Origin: an uncultured Smithella sp.
GTDB taxonomy: Bacteria > Desulfobacterota > Syntrophia > Syntrophales > Smithellaceae
DNA length: 64,000 nucleotides
Assembly: GCA_964525155.1 (NCBI GenBank)
Contig: CAZGDK010000001.1
Location: 5,283-69,282 of the forward strand
Direction: 5' to 3'
A program made the position numbers and the translations under genes. The notes under the pieces were generated by a model. That model was not told where the DNA came from and searched no databases. It worked only from the letters and a program-made list of their open reading frames with translations. Below, piece by piece: positions 45,482-55,413 of the stretch. The stretch's first letter is position 1, and each line of letters opens with the position of its first letter.

Positions 45482-45825
45482 TTACCCGTCTTCTTGATCA
45501 CAATCACCTGTTCGGTGTCCGGATAGGACATTTGCAACCGGGTCTTGGCGATCTGCTCGATGCGCTGCGGCGCCTTGAGCATGGCCATCTCCAGTTTCAG
45601 TTTCTTTTGCTCTTCCTGCAGCAGCTCTTTCGCGGAAAGCGCCGCGGCAATTTCATATTCCATCCGCGTCATGCGAATATGCGACCCGACATAGACAAGT
45701 GCGACAAACATCAAAACCAGCGCCACCACAATGAATGTTGGATATTTTGATCCGAAAGAGGCCTCGCCGGTTTCCCGATCCTGCCTGCCCTGCGTTAAAA
45801 TCTGGGTTGATGCGGTCTGCGCCAT
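45478..45825 (-). CDS. ftsL: FtsL-like division protein (TM + coiled coil)
   Basis: 115 aa with a single TM helix FIVVALVLMFVALVYVG followed by a heptad-rich segment. It sits between rsmH and ftsI, with overlapping stop/start codons. Confidence 0.6.
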   Translation of the reverse strand: MAQTASTQILTQGRQDRETGEASFGSKYPTFIVVALVLMFVALVYVGSHIRMTRMEYEIAAALSAKELLQEEQKKLKLEMAMLKAPQRIEQIAKTRLQMSYPDTEQVIVIKKTGK

Positions 45826-45828
45826 TTT

Positions 45829-46770
45829 TCAAATCCTCTCTGCGACTCTCAATTTCGCGCTGCGGGCGCGCGGGTTATTCGTTGCTTCCGCATCCGAAGG
45901 CACAAGCGCCTTGCGCGTCAGAATGCGGACCGTCGCCTGCTTGTGGCAGACGCAATACGGTATGTCTTTCGGACAAACGCAGGCGGCCGCCATATCGCGA
46001 AACGTGTTTTTCACGATGCGGTCCTCCAGTGAATGAAAGGAGATAACGCACAGGCGCCCTCCCGTTTTCAGCGCGTCCACGGCGCTTGCAATGCCCGATT
46101 CGAGGCAATCCAGTTCGCGGTTGACGAAAATGCGCAGCGCCTGAAACGTGCGGGTGGCGGGATGAATTTTCTGTCGCTTCATCGCCGCCGGCATGGCCTG
46201 CAAAATAATATCCGACAGGTCGACCGTGGTTTCAATCGGCGACGACTGTCTTTTGCGCACAATGGCTCCGGCAATTTTCGACGCCATTTTTTCTTCTCCG
46301 TACTTCCGGATCACGTCTGCAAGTTCCTTTTGCGAAAACCCGTTTACCACGTCATACGCGCAAAGCTTTAAATCCCGATCCATCCGCATATCCAGAGGCG
46401 CGCGCTTTGTGAAACTGAACCCCCGGTGCGCCGCGTCCAGCTGGTAGGACGAAACACCCAGATCCATCAAAATCCCGTCCACTTTCTCAAGGTCCAGCAA
46501 CGCCAGCACATCTTTGAGAGCGGCAAAGTTGGACTTGATCAGATGCGCGCGTGATCCAAACGGCTCAAGCCGTGCTTGGGCTGCGGCCAGCGCATCGGCG
46601 TCACAATCGATGCCGATGACGGAAGCCTCCGTTCTTTCCAGAAGCGCACGGGCATGACCCGCGCCCCCCACGGTTGCGTCCACATAAATGCCGGACGGAT
46701 TTCCCACCAGCCAGAACAGAACTTCGTTTAGCATCACCGGCTCGTGGGCAAAGTCGGCGCTCATGATCAT
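45829..46770 (-). CDS. rsmH: 16S rRNA (cytosine1402-N4)-methyltransferase
   Basis: It contains HEPVMLNEV, YVDATVGGAGHA, DLGVSSYQLD and SFHSLEDRIVK. Confidence 0.9.
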   Translation of the reverse strand: MIMSADFAHEPVMLNEVLFWLVGNPSGIYVDATVGGAGHARALLERTEASVIGIDCDADALAAAQARLEPFGSRAHLIKSNFAALKDVLALLDLEKVDGILMDLGVSSYQLDAAHRGFSFTKRAPLDMRMDRDLKLCAYDVVNGFSQKELADVIRKYGEEKMASKIAGAIVRKRQSSPIETTVDLSDIILQAMPAAMKRQKIHPATRTFQALRIFVNRELDCLESGIASAVDALKTGGRLCVISFHSLEDRIVKNTFRDMAAACVCPKDIPYCVCHKQATVRILTRKALVPSDAEATNNPRARSAKLRVAERI

Positions 46771-47213
46771 ATCCCCAGATCAGCTATATAATCGCTGAAC
46801 TTATCAATGTCGCCGGCGGCTTTCTTCATTTCCCCGTCAAACCGTTCCTTCGACCAGATTTCGATATCTTTGATCATGCCCGCCAGAACAATATCTTTTT
46901 CCAGATTGGCATATTCGCGCAGCGTAGGCGGAATCAGCACCCGTCCCTGACTGTCAAGATTGCAGTCCACCGCGCCGGACATGAAGAATCTCTGAAACGA
47001 GCGTATTTCCCTGCGTAAAATGGACTGGTGCGATATTTTCTCTTCAATAATCCGCCACTCATCGTAAGGAAACACCCTCAGGCATCCCTCCCAGTTAGTG
47101 ATGACCATGCGGTTGTCATACTTTTCCGCGAAAATCTCACGGAACTTCGACGGGAAAATAATCCTTCCCTTTTCGTCGATAGTATGATGATATTGGCCTC
47201 TGAAAACGGACAC
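46767..47213 (-). CDS. mraZ: Transcriptional regulator MraZ
   Basis: Two SpoVT/AbrB-like repeats are present, with DEKGRIIFPSKFRE and DSQGRVLIPPTLRE. The GTG start is preceded by GGAGGGG. Confidence 0.9.
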   Translation of the reverse strand: MSVFRGQYHHTIDEKGRIIFPSKFREIFAEKYDNRMVITNWEGCLRVFPYDEWRIIEEKISHQSILRREIRSFQRFFMSGAVDCNLDSQGRVLIPPTLREYANLEKDIVLAGMIKDIEIWSKERFDGEMKKAAGDIDKFSDYIADLGI

Positions 47214-47225
47214 TTAAATAGCCCC

Positions 47226-47250
47226 TCCACATCCTTCCACTTTACTCCAC
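47226..47250 (-). promoter_or_regulatory. Putative MraZ operator: three GTGGA direct repeats at exact 10-bp spacing
   Basis: The minus strand reads GTGGAgtaaaGTGGAaggatGTGGAgggg, immediately downstream of the predicted -10 box. MraZ proteins are known to bind arrays of GTGG-type direct repeats with helical periodicity. Confidence 0.5.
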
Positions 47251-47257
47251 GTGTCCA

Positions 47258-47286
47258 ACTATAGAGACAGATATGTCCTTTGTCAA
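47258..47286 (-). promoter_or_regulatory. Sigma-70 type promoter of the dcw cluster (Pmra)
   Basis: The minus strand reads TTGACA-aaggacatatctgtctc(17 nt)-TATAGT, about 45 nt upstream of the mraZ start. Confidence 0.55.
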
Positions 47287-47377
47287 GGAAAAAATATGCC
47301 TTTTCTTTGCTTAAATAACTGAAATTTACAGGAAAAAATTGAAAACGGTTCGCGCGCACCGGACGGTGAAATCGGGA

Positions 47378-48415
47378 TTAATCGGTAACGGCCTCACCGT
47401 TATTTCTCAACTGGCGGATACGCAATGACGCAATATTGTGCTCCTCCAATGTTGACGAGAAAAAATGCGTGCCGTCCTTTTTGGAAACAAAATACAAATA
47501 GCTCACCTGGGCCGGTTTTATGACCGCTCGAAAAGAATCCAGGCCGGGGCTGGCAATCGGACCGGGGGGGAGCCCCGGGATAAGATAGGTATTATAAGGA
47601 GATAACCGTTTGTAGTGACTTCTCAAAACAATACCGTTGAAATCTTTCAGATCGTAAACGGCGGTCGGATCACTTTGCAGGGGCATTCTCTTTTTTAATC
47701 GATTATAGAAAACAGACGCAATCATTGGCTTTTCAGCGGAATGACCTGTTTCTTTTCCCACCAGCGAGGCAAAGGTGACCAACTGGTGCGGATTCAAACC
47801 ATGTTTTGCGGCCTCGCGAAGCATTTCCGGGGTAATCTTATTCCAGAAACGATCCACCATAGTGCGCATGATCTGTTTGGTGCTCATGGAACGCGTCAGA
47901 AAATAAGTATCCGGAAACAGATAGCCTTCCACGGATGACGCCTTAATATCCAGTGACGCCAGAAATTCTCTATCGTAAGCCAGATCAAAAAAAGCTTCTT
48001 CATCGATGAGCTTGAATTCTTTGAGGCGTAAAGCAATTTCCTTAAGCGGCGTGTCCTCCTGAATCGTGACCCGATAATATTTAATTTCACCCCGAATCAG
48101 CTTATTGACCAGATCCAGCGGCGTTTGCGATGGTGAAAATTCGTATTCCCCGGCGCGGATGGAGCGGGCGGCGCGCTTGATGCCGGCCAGACAGTAAAAC
48201 AGCAGTTTGTTTTTAACCAGACCGGCATCGCTTAAAATATCGGCCACTTCGAAAAATCCCGTACCGGTCGGAATATCCACCAGAATATCGGGCGATTTTC
48301 CCGAATCAATCGGCGTCAGGGCGTAAATGCCCAACCCAAGCGCAAAACCGGCGATCAGAATACAAGGCACGGATAAGATTGTTAAAAATATTTTTTTCTT
48401 CTTCATCTTCATCAT
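47378..48415 (-). CDS. mltG: Endolytic peptidoglycan transglycosylase MltG (YceG-like)
   Basis: An N-terminal TM helix is followed by YceG blocks: LASLVGKETGHSAEKPMIASVFYNRLKKRMPLQSDPTAVY and NTYLIPGLPPGPIASPG. Confidence 0.9.
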   Translation of the reverse strand: MMKMKKKKIFLTILSVPCILIAGFALGLGIYALTPIDSGKSPDILVDIPTGTGFFEVADILSDAGLVKNKLLFYCLAGIKRAARSIRAGEYEFSPSQTPLDLVNKLIRGEIKYYRVTIQEDTPLKEIALRLKEFKLIDEEAFFDLAYDREFLASLDIKASSVEGYLFPDTYFLTRSMSTKQIMRTMVDRFWNKITPEMLREAAKHGLNPHQLVTFASLVGKETGHSAEKPMIASVFYNRLKKRMPLQSDPTAVYDLKDFNGIVLRSHYKRLSPYNTYLIPGLPPGPIASPGLDSFRAVIKPAQVSYLYFVSKKDGTHFFSSTLEEHNIASLRIRQLRNNGEAVTD

Positions 48416-48450
48416 TTATTCGGTGATTAAAATATCGAAAAGGCAGGATT

Positions 48451-48882
48451 TCAAGGCCGCCCGACTATCGTTTTATCGGCGCAATCAAGGTAATTCTGAA
48501 GGATCAGGCAAGCGGCCAGTTTATCTACTTTTTCCTTTCTTTTTTTCCACCGCATGCCGGATGAAATTAAAATTTCTTCCGCGTCTTTCGTGGACATCGT
48601 CTCGGGCCATCTAAGTACGGGCAGAGAAAAGGCATCCGTCAACACTTTGGCAAAACGGTTGACTTTTTCGCATTGAATGCCTTCCGATCCATCCAGCCGC
48701 ACGGGATACCCGATAACGATTTTTTCGATCGAATACTGGCGGATCCAGCCCTGCAGAATATCCAGATCGTGTTTTTTCGTCTTGCGGATCAGCGTTGGCA
48801 ACCCCTGCGCCGTAAGCCCCAATTCATCACAGACGGCCAGGCCGATTCGTTTCTCGCCGTAATCCAAACCCAGAATGCGCAA
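48451..48882 (-). CDS. ruvX: YqgF/RuvX putative pre-16S rRNA nuclease (Holliday junction resolvase-like)
   Basis: It has MRILGLDYGEKRIGLAVCD at the N-terminus and is 143 aa, the typical length. Confidence 0.9.
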   Translation of the reverse strand: MRILGLDYGEKRIGLAVCDELGLTAQGLPTLIRKTKKHDLDILQGWIRQYSIEKIVIGYPVRLDGSEGIQCEKVNRFAKVLTDAFSLPVLRWPETMSTKDAEEILISSGMRWKKRKEKVDKLAACLILQNYLDCADKTIVGRP

Positions 48883-49026
48883 TCAACACCTCTTTGATTT
48901 GACGGGGGTCTTTAACAATTTTCAGACTGAATTTCAATAAAAGATTCCGCGGGCCCTATTATGGGGTTGTGAAAAAGGCGCGAGTTTGTTATTTCAGGGA
49001 ATCATAAACGCAGCAACGGAAAAGGC

Positions 49027-50940
49027 ATGCAACATTACGTTTTAGGCACGGCCGGTCATGTGGATCACGGCAAAACATCTCTGATCAAAGCCCTGACCGG
49101 CACGGACACCGACCGGCTCAAAGAGGAAAAAGAAAGAGGCATCACCATCGAACTGGGCTTTGCCTCGCTTGCGCTTCCTTCCGGGGCAACCCTGGGCATT
49201 GTCGATGTGCCGGGACATGAAAAGTTCATCAAGCACATGGTCGCGGGCGCCGCGGGCATCGATGTGGCGTTGATGGTCATCGCCGCGGATGAAGGCGTGA
49301 TGCCGCAGACCAAAGAACATTTGCATATCTGCTCGCTTCTGGGCATCACCACGGGGCTTGTCGCACTGACCAAAACGGATCTCGTCGAGCCGGACTGGCT
49401 GGACATGGTGAAAACCGACATTGCCGATTATCTTTCAGGCACTTTTCTGGAAGGCGCTCCGATTGTTCCCGTTTCGGCCGTTCGGGAAACGGGCATTAAA
49501 GACCTTCTGGCGCACATTAACCAAACGGTTTTGCGGCTTCAGGAAAAAACGGACGACGGGATTTTCCGTCTGCCGGTTGACCGCATCTTCACCATGAAGG
49601 GCTTCGGCACCGTCGTCACCGGCACGCTGATTTCCGATAAAATCCGGGTCGGCGAAGACATTCAAATCCTTCCGGAAAACATTTCCGCGCGCATCCGCGG
49701 CATCCAGGTGCACAATCTACCCGTGGAAGAAGCCTTCTCCGGCCAGCGCACCGCCATTAATCTTCAGGGAATTGAAAAATCGACGCTGGAGCGCGGCAAT
49801 GTGCTGGTGCGGCCACACACGGTTCAGCCAACGAAGCGCCTGGACGTCGCCTTTGAGTATCTGTCCTCCAATACCCGAAAACTCAAAAACCGGACGCTCG
49901 TGCGCCTGCATAACGGCACGGCGGAAATCATGACCCGGATTGTGCTGCTCGATGCGGATGAGCTCGCGCCCGGCGAAAAAGCCTTCGCGCAGCTGGTTCT
50001 GGCGGCCGACGATGTCGTCGTCGGGGGCGATTACTTCGTTTTGCGCAGCTATTCGCCGGTGACCACCATCGGCGGAGGCCGCATTCTGGACCCGCTGCCG
50101 AACAAGCATAAACGGCGCAACGCAAAAATTCTGGACGATCTGCGCACGCTTCAGGACGGAACGCTGCCCGAACGGATCGGCGTGGTTCTGGAGCGGGCCG
50201 GTTTCGAAGGCGTCACGCTCGGACAACTGGCCTTCCGCCTGGGGACACACACCAAAAAGGTCCGCGAGGCCCTGGAAAAACTGTATTCCAGCCGCCAGGC
50301 CATTCTGATGTCCGGCGACGACGCGGCGACGCTGTCCGGGACTTTGTTTACTCAACTTGAAGAGTTGCTGACAAAAAGCCTGTCTCTCTACCACAAGGAA
50401 AATCCGCTGAAGGAAGGCATCTCCAAGGAAGAACTCAAGGCGGCTCTCCCGCCGACGGTATCCGTCAGGCTCTTCAACATGGCGCTTGCGGCGCTTGGCA
50501 AGCGGCAGGCCATCGCCAGCGAGAAGGACAGCATCCGGCTTATGACACATCAGGTGCAGCTCGCGGGCGAGGAAGACGCGCTGCGCAAAACCATCACCGA
50601 AATCTACGCGCAGGCGGGGCTTACGCCCCCATCGCTTGCCGACGTTCTGAACGCTCAGGGCGCTAAAAAAGCCAAAGCGCAAACCATCGTCAAGCTGATG
50701 CTCAAGGACGGCGAGCTCATTAAAATCAATGAAGACCTCTGCTTTGCCCGGGGCGCCCTGGACAAACTGCGGGAAGACTACAAAGCGCAACTGGCGCGCG
50801 ACGGCAAGGCCACACCGGCCACGTTCAAGGACCTGACCGGACTTTCACGCAAATACATTATTCCGCTCATGGAATATTTCGACACAAACAAGCTGACGGT
50901 GCGCGTGGGCGACCACCGGATTCTCAGGGAAAAAATTTAA
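49027..50940 (+). CDS. selB: Selenocysteine-specific translation elongation factor SelB
   Basis: The GTPase motifs are GTAGHVDHGKTSL, DVPGH and TKTD. A long C-terminal winged-helix extension ends in a motif of the ...YFD..K.T.R.GD.R type (MEYFDTNKLTVRVGDHRIL). Confidence 0.9.
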   Translation: MQHYVLGTAGHVDHGKTSLIKALTGTDTDRLKEEKERGITIELGFASLALPSGATLGIVDVPGHEKFIKHMVAGAAGIDVALMVIAADEGVMPQTKEHLHICSLLGITTGLVALTKTDLVEPDWLDMVKTDIADYLSGTFLEGAPIVPVSAVRETGIKDLLAHINQTVLRLQEKTDDGIFRLPVDRIFTMKGFGTVVTGTLISDKIRVGEDIQILPENISARIRGIQVHNLPVEEAFSGQRTAINLQGIEKSTLERGNVLVRPHTVQPTKRLDVAFEYLSSNTRKLKNRTLVRLHNGTAEIMTRIVLLDADELAPGEKAFAQLVLAADDVVVGGDYFVLRSYSPVTTIGGGRILDPLPNKHKRRNAKILDDLRTLQDGTLPERIGVVLERAGFEGVTLGQLAFRLGTHTKKVREALEKLYSSRQAILMSGDDAATLSGTLFTQLEELLTKSLSLYHKENPLKEGISKEELKAALPPTVSVRLFNMALAALGKRQAIASEKDSIRLMTHQVQLAGEEDALRKTITEIYAQAGLTPPSLADVLNAQGAKKAKAQTIVKLMLKDGELIKINEDLCFARGALDKLREDYKAQLARDGKATPATFKDLTGLSRKYIIPLMEYFDTNKLTVRVGDHRILREKI

Positions 50941-50965
50941 TTTTACTTCAGGAAAGGCGGTTCAT

Positions 50966-51922
50966 TTGAAAAACAAGGATATCTACCTTCAACAGATCAA
51001 GCAGGGCGAAAAAATCGCTTCATTATTTTTAGTCGGCGAAAAAAATATGGCCTACTCTCAGAAAGGAGCCCCCTATCTAAACGTCCGGCTGAAAGACAAA
51101 ACCGGCGAAGTAGACGCCAAGGTTTGGGACAACGCGCCGGAGATGGATCGGCTTTTTAAGAAAGGCGATATCGTATACATCGAGGGGCGCGTGCAGAGTT
51201 ACCGAAACGCGCTGCAGGTGTCCATCGTCTCCCTCAAGCCCTGCGCGCCGGACGAATTTGATCCGTCGGATTTCCTGCCGGTGAGCAAATTGGACACCGC
51301 CGCGATGTTTGCGGACATGGTCGCTTATCTGGATAAAATATCCTCCGACCCCATTCGGGCGCTTTTGTCCGCTTTCTTTCACGACGAAAAAACGGCCGAA
51401 CTTTTCCGCCGCGCACCCGCGGCTAAAGGCTTTCATCATATCTATCTGGGAGGCCTGCTGGAGCATACCCTCTCGGTCGTCCGCATGCTGGACCGGGCGG
51501 CGGATCACTATCCGCAGCTGAATCGCGATCTGCTCATCGCGGGCGGCATGTTGCACGACATCGGCAAAATCTATGAATTTTCCTACGACAGCCTGATTGA
51601 ATACAGCGATGAAGGCCGGATGATCGGCCACCTGGTGATGGGCGTGGAGATGATCAATAAAAAAATCGCGTCGATCCCGGATTTTCCGGCACAGACGGCG
51701 CTTGCGCTGCGCCACATCATTTTAAGTCATCACGGCGAATTTGAATTCGGCTCGCCCAAGCGTCCCAAGACACGGGAGGCGCTGGTCATTCATTTCATGG
51801 ATGACCTTGACGCCAAGCTCAACGCGTTTGACAGCTTTATCGCCGCCGATGCCAACAACAACGAATCCGACTGGACAAGCTTCAACCGGTTTTTTGAGCG
51901 GTATCTGTACAAGGGCAAATAG
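50966..51922 (+). CDS. YhaM-like 3'-5' exoribonuclease (OB-fold + HD domain)
   Basis: It starts with TTG. The N-terminal OB fold is LNVRLKDKTGEVDAKVWD. The HD domain has HHIYLGGLLEHT, MLHDIGK and SHHG. Confidence 0.8.
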   Translation: MKNKDIYLQQIKQGEKIASLFLVGEKNMAYSQKGAPYLNVRLKDKTGEVDAKVWDNAPEMDRLFKKGDIVYIEGRVQSYRNALQVSIVSLKPCAPDEFDPSDFLPVSKLDTAAMFADMVAYLDKISSDPIRALLSAFFHDEKTAELFRRAPAAKGFHHIYLGGLLEHTLSVVRMLDRAADHYPQLNRDLLIAGGMLHDIGKIYEFSYDSLIEYSDEGRMIGHLVMGVEMINKKIASIPDFPAQTALALRHIILSHHGEFEFGSPKRPKTREALVIHFMDDLDAKLNAFDSFIAADANNNESDWTSFNRFFERYLYKGK

Positions 51923-51927
51923 GAAGA

Positions 51928-54729
51928 TCAAAGATTGCGCGCCGGAGCTGTCATCCGCGCTTCGGGCGCGCTTTTATCCAGCACTTCCAGTATCTTTTGC
52001 GACAGCTCCGCAAGCTGAAAGGGCTTTTGAATAAAGCGAATGGCGCCGCCGCGATTCAGAATATTCTGGGCTTCTTCGCTCAGGCTGTAGCCGCTGGACA
52101 AAATAATTCGCGAATTGGGGTTGATCCTGCGGATGGCGTCAATCGCAGCCGCGCCGCCCATGCCCGGCATGATCATGTCCATGATCACCAGATCAATTCC
52201 GGAGGCATGCCTTTGATAGATATTCACCGCGTCTTCGCCGCTTTCAGCCGTCATCAGCTGATAACCCAGCCCCCGGATCATCTCGCCGATCACGTCGATA
52301 ATGCCTTTTTCGTCGTCCACCAGTAAAACGGTTCCATGCCCGCGCAACGCGACAGCCTGGGGTTCGTCTTCAACCATCAACTCGCTGAAAGACGCGGGCA
52401 TGTAGATATGGAAGGCCGCCCCGCGCCCGCGTTCACTTTGCACCTGGATGGCCCCATTGTGTCCCTTGATGATACCGTAGACAGAGGCCAGCCCCAATCC
52501 GGTTCCCCGGACGGTTCCCCTCTCCTTGGTTGTAAAAAAAGGCTCAAAAAGTCGCTGGCGCGTAATCTCGTCCATCCCCACGCCGGTGTCCCGGACGGTG
52601 ATGCGGACATAGGAGCCCGGAGTGATTTGCAATGCGCGGGCCCGAGCCATTTCCAGCACTACATTTTCCGTCCGGAGAAAAATTTCACCCCCGCCGGGCA
52701 TGGCATGCCAGGCGTTGACAAAAAGATTGAGCAGAACCTGCTCCATCTGGCCGCGGTCCGCGTCGACAATCCATAAGTCATCCGCCAGATCCTGTTCCAT
52801 GACGATTTCTTTTTTCGTCCGTCCGAACATCGCCGCGGCTTTGCCGATAATGTCATTGAGATTAACCGGCTTCACTTCATAGCGTCCGCCGCGCGCATAG
52901 CCCAAAAGCTGGCGCGTCAGATCCGCCCCGCTCTTGACATGCGATTCGATGGCTTTGAGCTGCGCGTAACGCGGATGCAGAGGATTGGTGTCCAAAAGCA
53001 TGAGCGAAGTATACCCCTGAATGCCCATAAGCAGATTGTTAAAATCATGCGCGACGCCGCCCGCCAGCGTTCCGATGGCCTCCATCTTGCGCGCCTGACC
53101 GAGCTGCTCGCGCAATTGAGTCTGTTCCTCTTCCATCTTCGCCCGGGCCGTGACGTCGCGGGCAATGTTGCGAAAACCAACGGGCGCCCCGTTTCCGTCG
53201 CGAATCAAGGTGACGATGGACTCCACCGCTTTTGTCGAGCCGTCTTTGCACAACACACTGGTGGTATAAACTCTTGCAGGTCTCCCGGCGCGAAATATTT
53301 CGTTAAAGATATCAAAAACGCGCGTGACTTCGTCCCGAGAGAGATATCGTTCATGATGGAGAAGCCGCATGTATTCTTCCCGCGAATACCCCAGCATCCG
53401 GTGCGCCGCCTCGTTGCAAAACGTGCAATGTCCATGAAGATCGAACTCCGCGCAGGAATCTTCGATGTTCTCCACAAAATCGCGATAGCGCTCGAGTTCA
53501 AGTTCCATTTTCCGGCGTTCGGTCACATCGCGGCCCACGCTGCGAAATCCGATCGGCGTCCCTCCGGCATCGCGAATCAGCGACAGCGACGTCTCCAACG
53601 ACCGGATTCTGCCGTCGCCGCACAGGATGTTGGCGACCGTATAATGAGCGGAAAGATTTTTTACATAGGTTTCATGAACGGCGTTGAATATTTTATCCGC
53701 TTCGGTCTTATCCGGATAACGTTCGTGATGATGCAGATTCATCAGTTGATCTTTTGAATAGCCGAAAATGCGGCTGGCGGCGGCGTTGCAGAACGTGCAT
53801 TTTCCCTTCAAATCATATTCGGCGCAGACGTCGTCGATTTTTTCGACGAATTCCCGATACCGTTCTTTTTCGCGCTCCATGTTTTTGCGGTCGGTGATGT
53901 CTCTGGCGACGCCCCGGTAACCGACCACCCGGCCCTCCGCGTTGCGCATCAGCGACACCGAAGCTTCAAAATCACGAATGGCGCCGTCCTTGCGCCGAAT
54001 TTTATATTCCAGAATTTTCGCGGAAATATTTTTTTTGTACATCTCGTCGTATAGCCGGAAGACGGCTTTTCCGGATTCCCGGCTGACATGCCGCTGGTAG
54101 CGGTCCAGGCTTAAATATTCGTCGCGGGAATATCCAAAAATCCGGGGCAGTCCTTCATTGCAAAACAGAATCTTTCCATCGAGGTCATACTCATAGCATC
54201 CGTCTTCCAGATTATCGACAAACGTCCGGTAGCGCTCCCGCTCTTCTTCCATCTTCCGCCGTTCGGTCAGATCGCGGGCGATGCTGCGAAACCCCGTCGG
54301 ACGGCCATGGGCGTCGCGAATCAGGGAGACGGACGCCTCCACTGTTCGAGGGGATCCGTCTTTGCACACCAGATTAAAAACCAGATTGGCCGTTTTGCCC
54401 GTGCGATAAATTTCCCTGAATGCGGCCAGCGCGAAATCCGCCTCGCTCTGGGTGGTAAAGCGCTCCCGGTGACGACGCTGCATGTATTCATCGCGCGTGC
54501 AGCCCATCAGTTCATGCGTCACCCTGTTGCAGAATGTGCAGCGGCCGTTGAGGTCGTATTCCGCGCATCCGTCCGCCGCATATTCCACGAAGTTTCGGTA
54601 CCGCTCCTCGCTTGAACGAAGCCGGTCCCGGTCCCGGCTGAGCATCTCGTTTTGCAGCCTGAGCGCTTTGAGTTCTTCCATCCATTGCACTTTTGTTTTT
54701 TCTTCCTCATCCATGACTGTCGCGTCCAT
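51928..54729 (-). CDS. Hybrid sensor histidine kinase: four tandem PAS modules + HisKA + HATPase_c + receiver
   Basis: Four repeats match the pattern ERYR.FVE....D.C.EYDL.G.C.FCN...ARD[ILV]T[DE]R[KR].ME. The H-box is GVAHDFNNLL and the ATPase G-boxes are DTGVGM and GTGLGLA. The C-terminal REC has VLLVDDE and DLVIMDMIMPGMGG. Confidence 0.9.
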   Translation of the reverse strand: MDATVMDEEEKTKVQWMEELKALRLQNEMLSRDRDRLRSSEERYRNFVEYAADGCAEYDLNGRCTFCNRVTHELMGCTRDEYMQRRHRERFTTQSEADFALAAFREIYRTGKTANLVFNLVCKDGSPRTVEASVSLIRDAHGRPTGFRSIARDLTERRKMEEERERYRTFVDNLEDGCYEYDLDGKILFCNEGLPRIFGYSRDEYLSLDRYQRHVSRESGKAVFRLYDEMYKKNISAKILEYKIRRKDGAIRDFEASVSLMRNAEGRVVGYRGVARDITDRKNMEREKERYREFVEKIDDVCAEYDLKGKCTFCNAAASRIFGYSKDQLMNLHHHERYPDKTEADKIFNAVHETYVKNLSAHYTVANILCGDGRIRSLETSLSLIRDAGGTPIGFRSVGRDVTERRKMELELERYRDFVENIEDSCAEFDLHGHCTFCNEAAHRMLGYSREEYMRLLHHERYLSRDEVTRVFDIFNEIFRAGRPARVYTTSVLCKDGSTKAVESIVTLIRDGNGAPVGFRNIARDVTARAKMEEEQTQLREQLGQARKMEAIGTLAGGVAHDFNNLLMGIQGYTSLMLLDTNPLHPRYAQLKAIESHVKSGADLTRQLLGYARGGRYEVKPVNLNDIIGKAAAMFGRTKKEIVMEQDLADDLWIVDADRGQMEQVLLNLFVNAWHAMPGGGEIFLRTENVVLEMARARALQITPGSYVRITVRDTGVGMDEITRQRLFEPFFTTKERGTVRGTGLGLASVYGIIKGHNGAIQVQSERGRGAAFHIYMPASFSELMVEDEPQAVALRGHGTVLLVDDEKGIIDVIGEMIRGLGYQLMTAESGEDAVNIYQRHASGIDLVIMDMIMPGMGGAAAIDAIRRINPNSRIILSSGYSLSEEAQNILNRGGAIRFIQKPFQLAELSQKILEVLDKSAPEARMTAPARNL

Positions 54730-54783
54730 CCACTTCCGAATAATTTTAACCCAAGCGATTCCGTTGATGATGCCTTGATGCCG

Positions 54784-55413
54784 TTATTTCTTTTCCTTGA
54801 GCCTGGAAAGCGTGGCCTCCAGATGCTTTTGCGCAACACCCGGCGGCCTGACCGCTCGGGGCATGTCGCCAAACGCGTCGGCGTTGTTTAATTCGGCCAT
54901 CGCGCCGCGCAGACCGCCGTCGAACGAAAAGGCCCGGACCGGCTTGTTGAAATTCATCTCTTTGCCGTAAAGCGAGACCATGGAGGCGACTTTTTCGGAA
55001 ATCACAATGCCGTTTTCAGGATTTCCGTCATCATCCAGCGTCTGCAGGACAACACAAATATTCACCACACGCTGATCCTTGACGTCTTTGGCCTCAGGCA
55101 CAATGTCCAGGGGCGTGATCACGTCTTTTCCCGAAGCCTTGCCCAGCACGATGTCGCCGATCGCAAACGTCACCGTCTCACCGGCCCGATACTCAAAAAC
55201 ACCGTCGGCCTTCGTGACCCCCTTGAGCGTCGGCGTGGCATAGGTTAAACCGCCCACCGGACCGTCCAGAAATACGCCTCGAAGTACGGCGGAAGGGGCA
55301 GCCTCTTCACTTTTTACGCCGGTTGACGCGCCGCCGCATGCCATCGTCCACGCCAGCCCGCACATCGCAACCGCGATCATCAAATACCGCATTCCGATAC
55401 CCGTCATCTTCAT
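54784..55413 (-). CDS. Putative lipoprotein, function unknown
   Basis: A signal peptide and lipobox are present (GLAWTMACGG). The conserved-looking N-terminal domain reads GVFLDGPVGGLTYATPTLKGVTKADGVFEYRAGETVTFAIGDIVLG. Confidence 0.55.
   Translation of the reverse strand: MKMTGIGMRYLMIAVAMCGLAWTMACGGASTGVKSEEAAPSAVLRGVFLDGPVGGLTYATPTLKGVTKADGVFEYRAGETVTFAIGDIVLGKASGKDVITPLDIVPEAKDVKDQRVVNICVVLQTLDDDGNPENGIVISEKVASMVSLYGKEMNFNKPVRAFSFDGGLRGAMAELNNADAFGDMPRAVRPPGVAQKHLEATLSRLKEKK

Noticed and set aside
49717-50790. 357-aa minus-strand ORF opposite selB
   Set aside because: It is a shadow ORF. The plus strand encodes an unmistakable SelB GTPase.
52900-54700. Conserved Cys pairs in the PAS repeats of the hybrid kinase as possible haem-c attachment sites
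   Set aside because: The motif is C.FCN or C.EYDL, not CxxCH. There is no His after the second Cys, so covalent haem binding is not supported.
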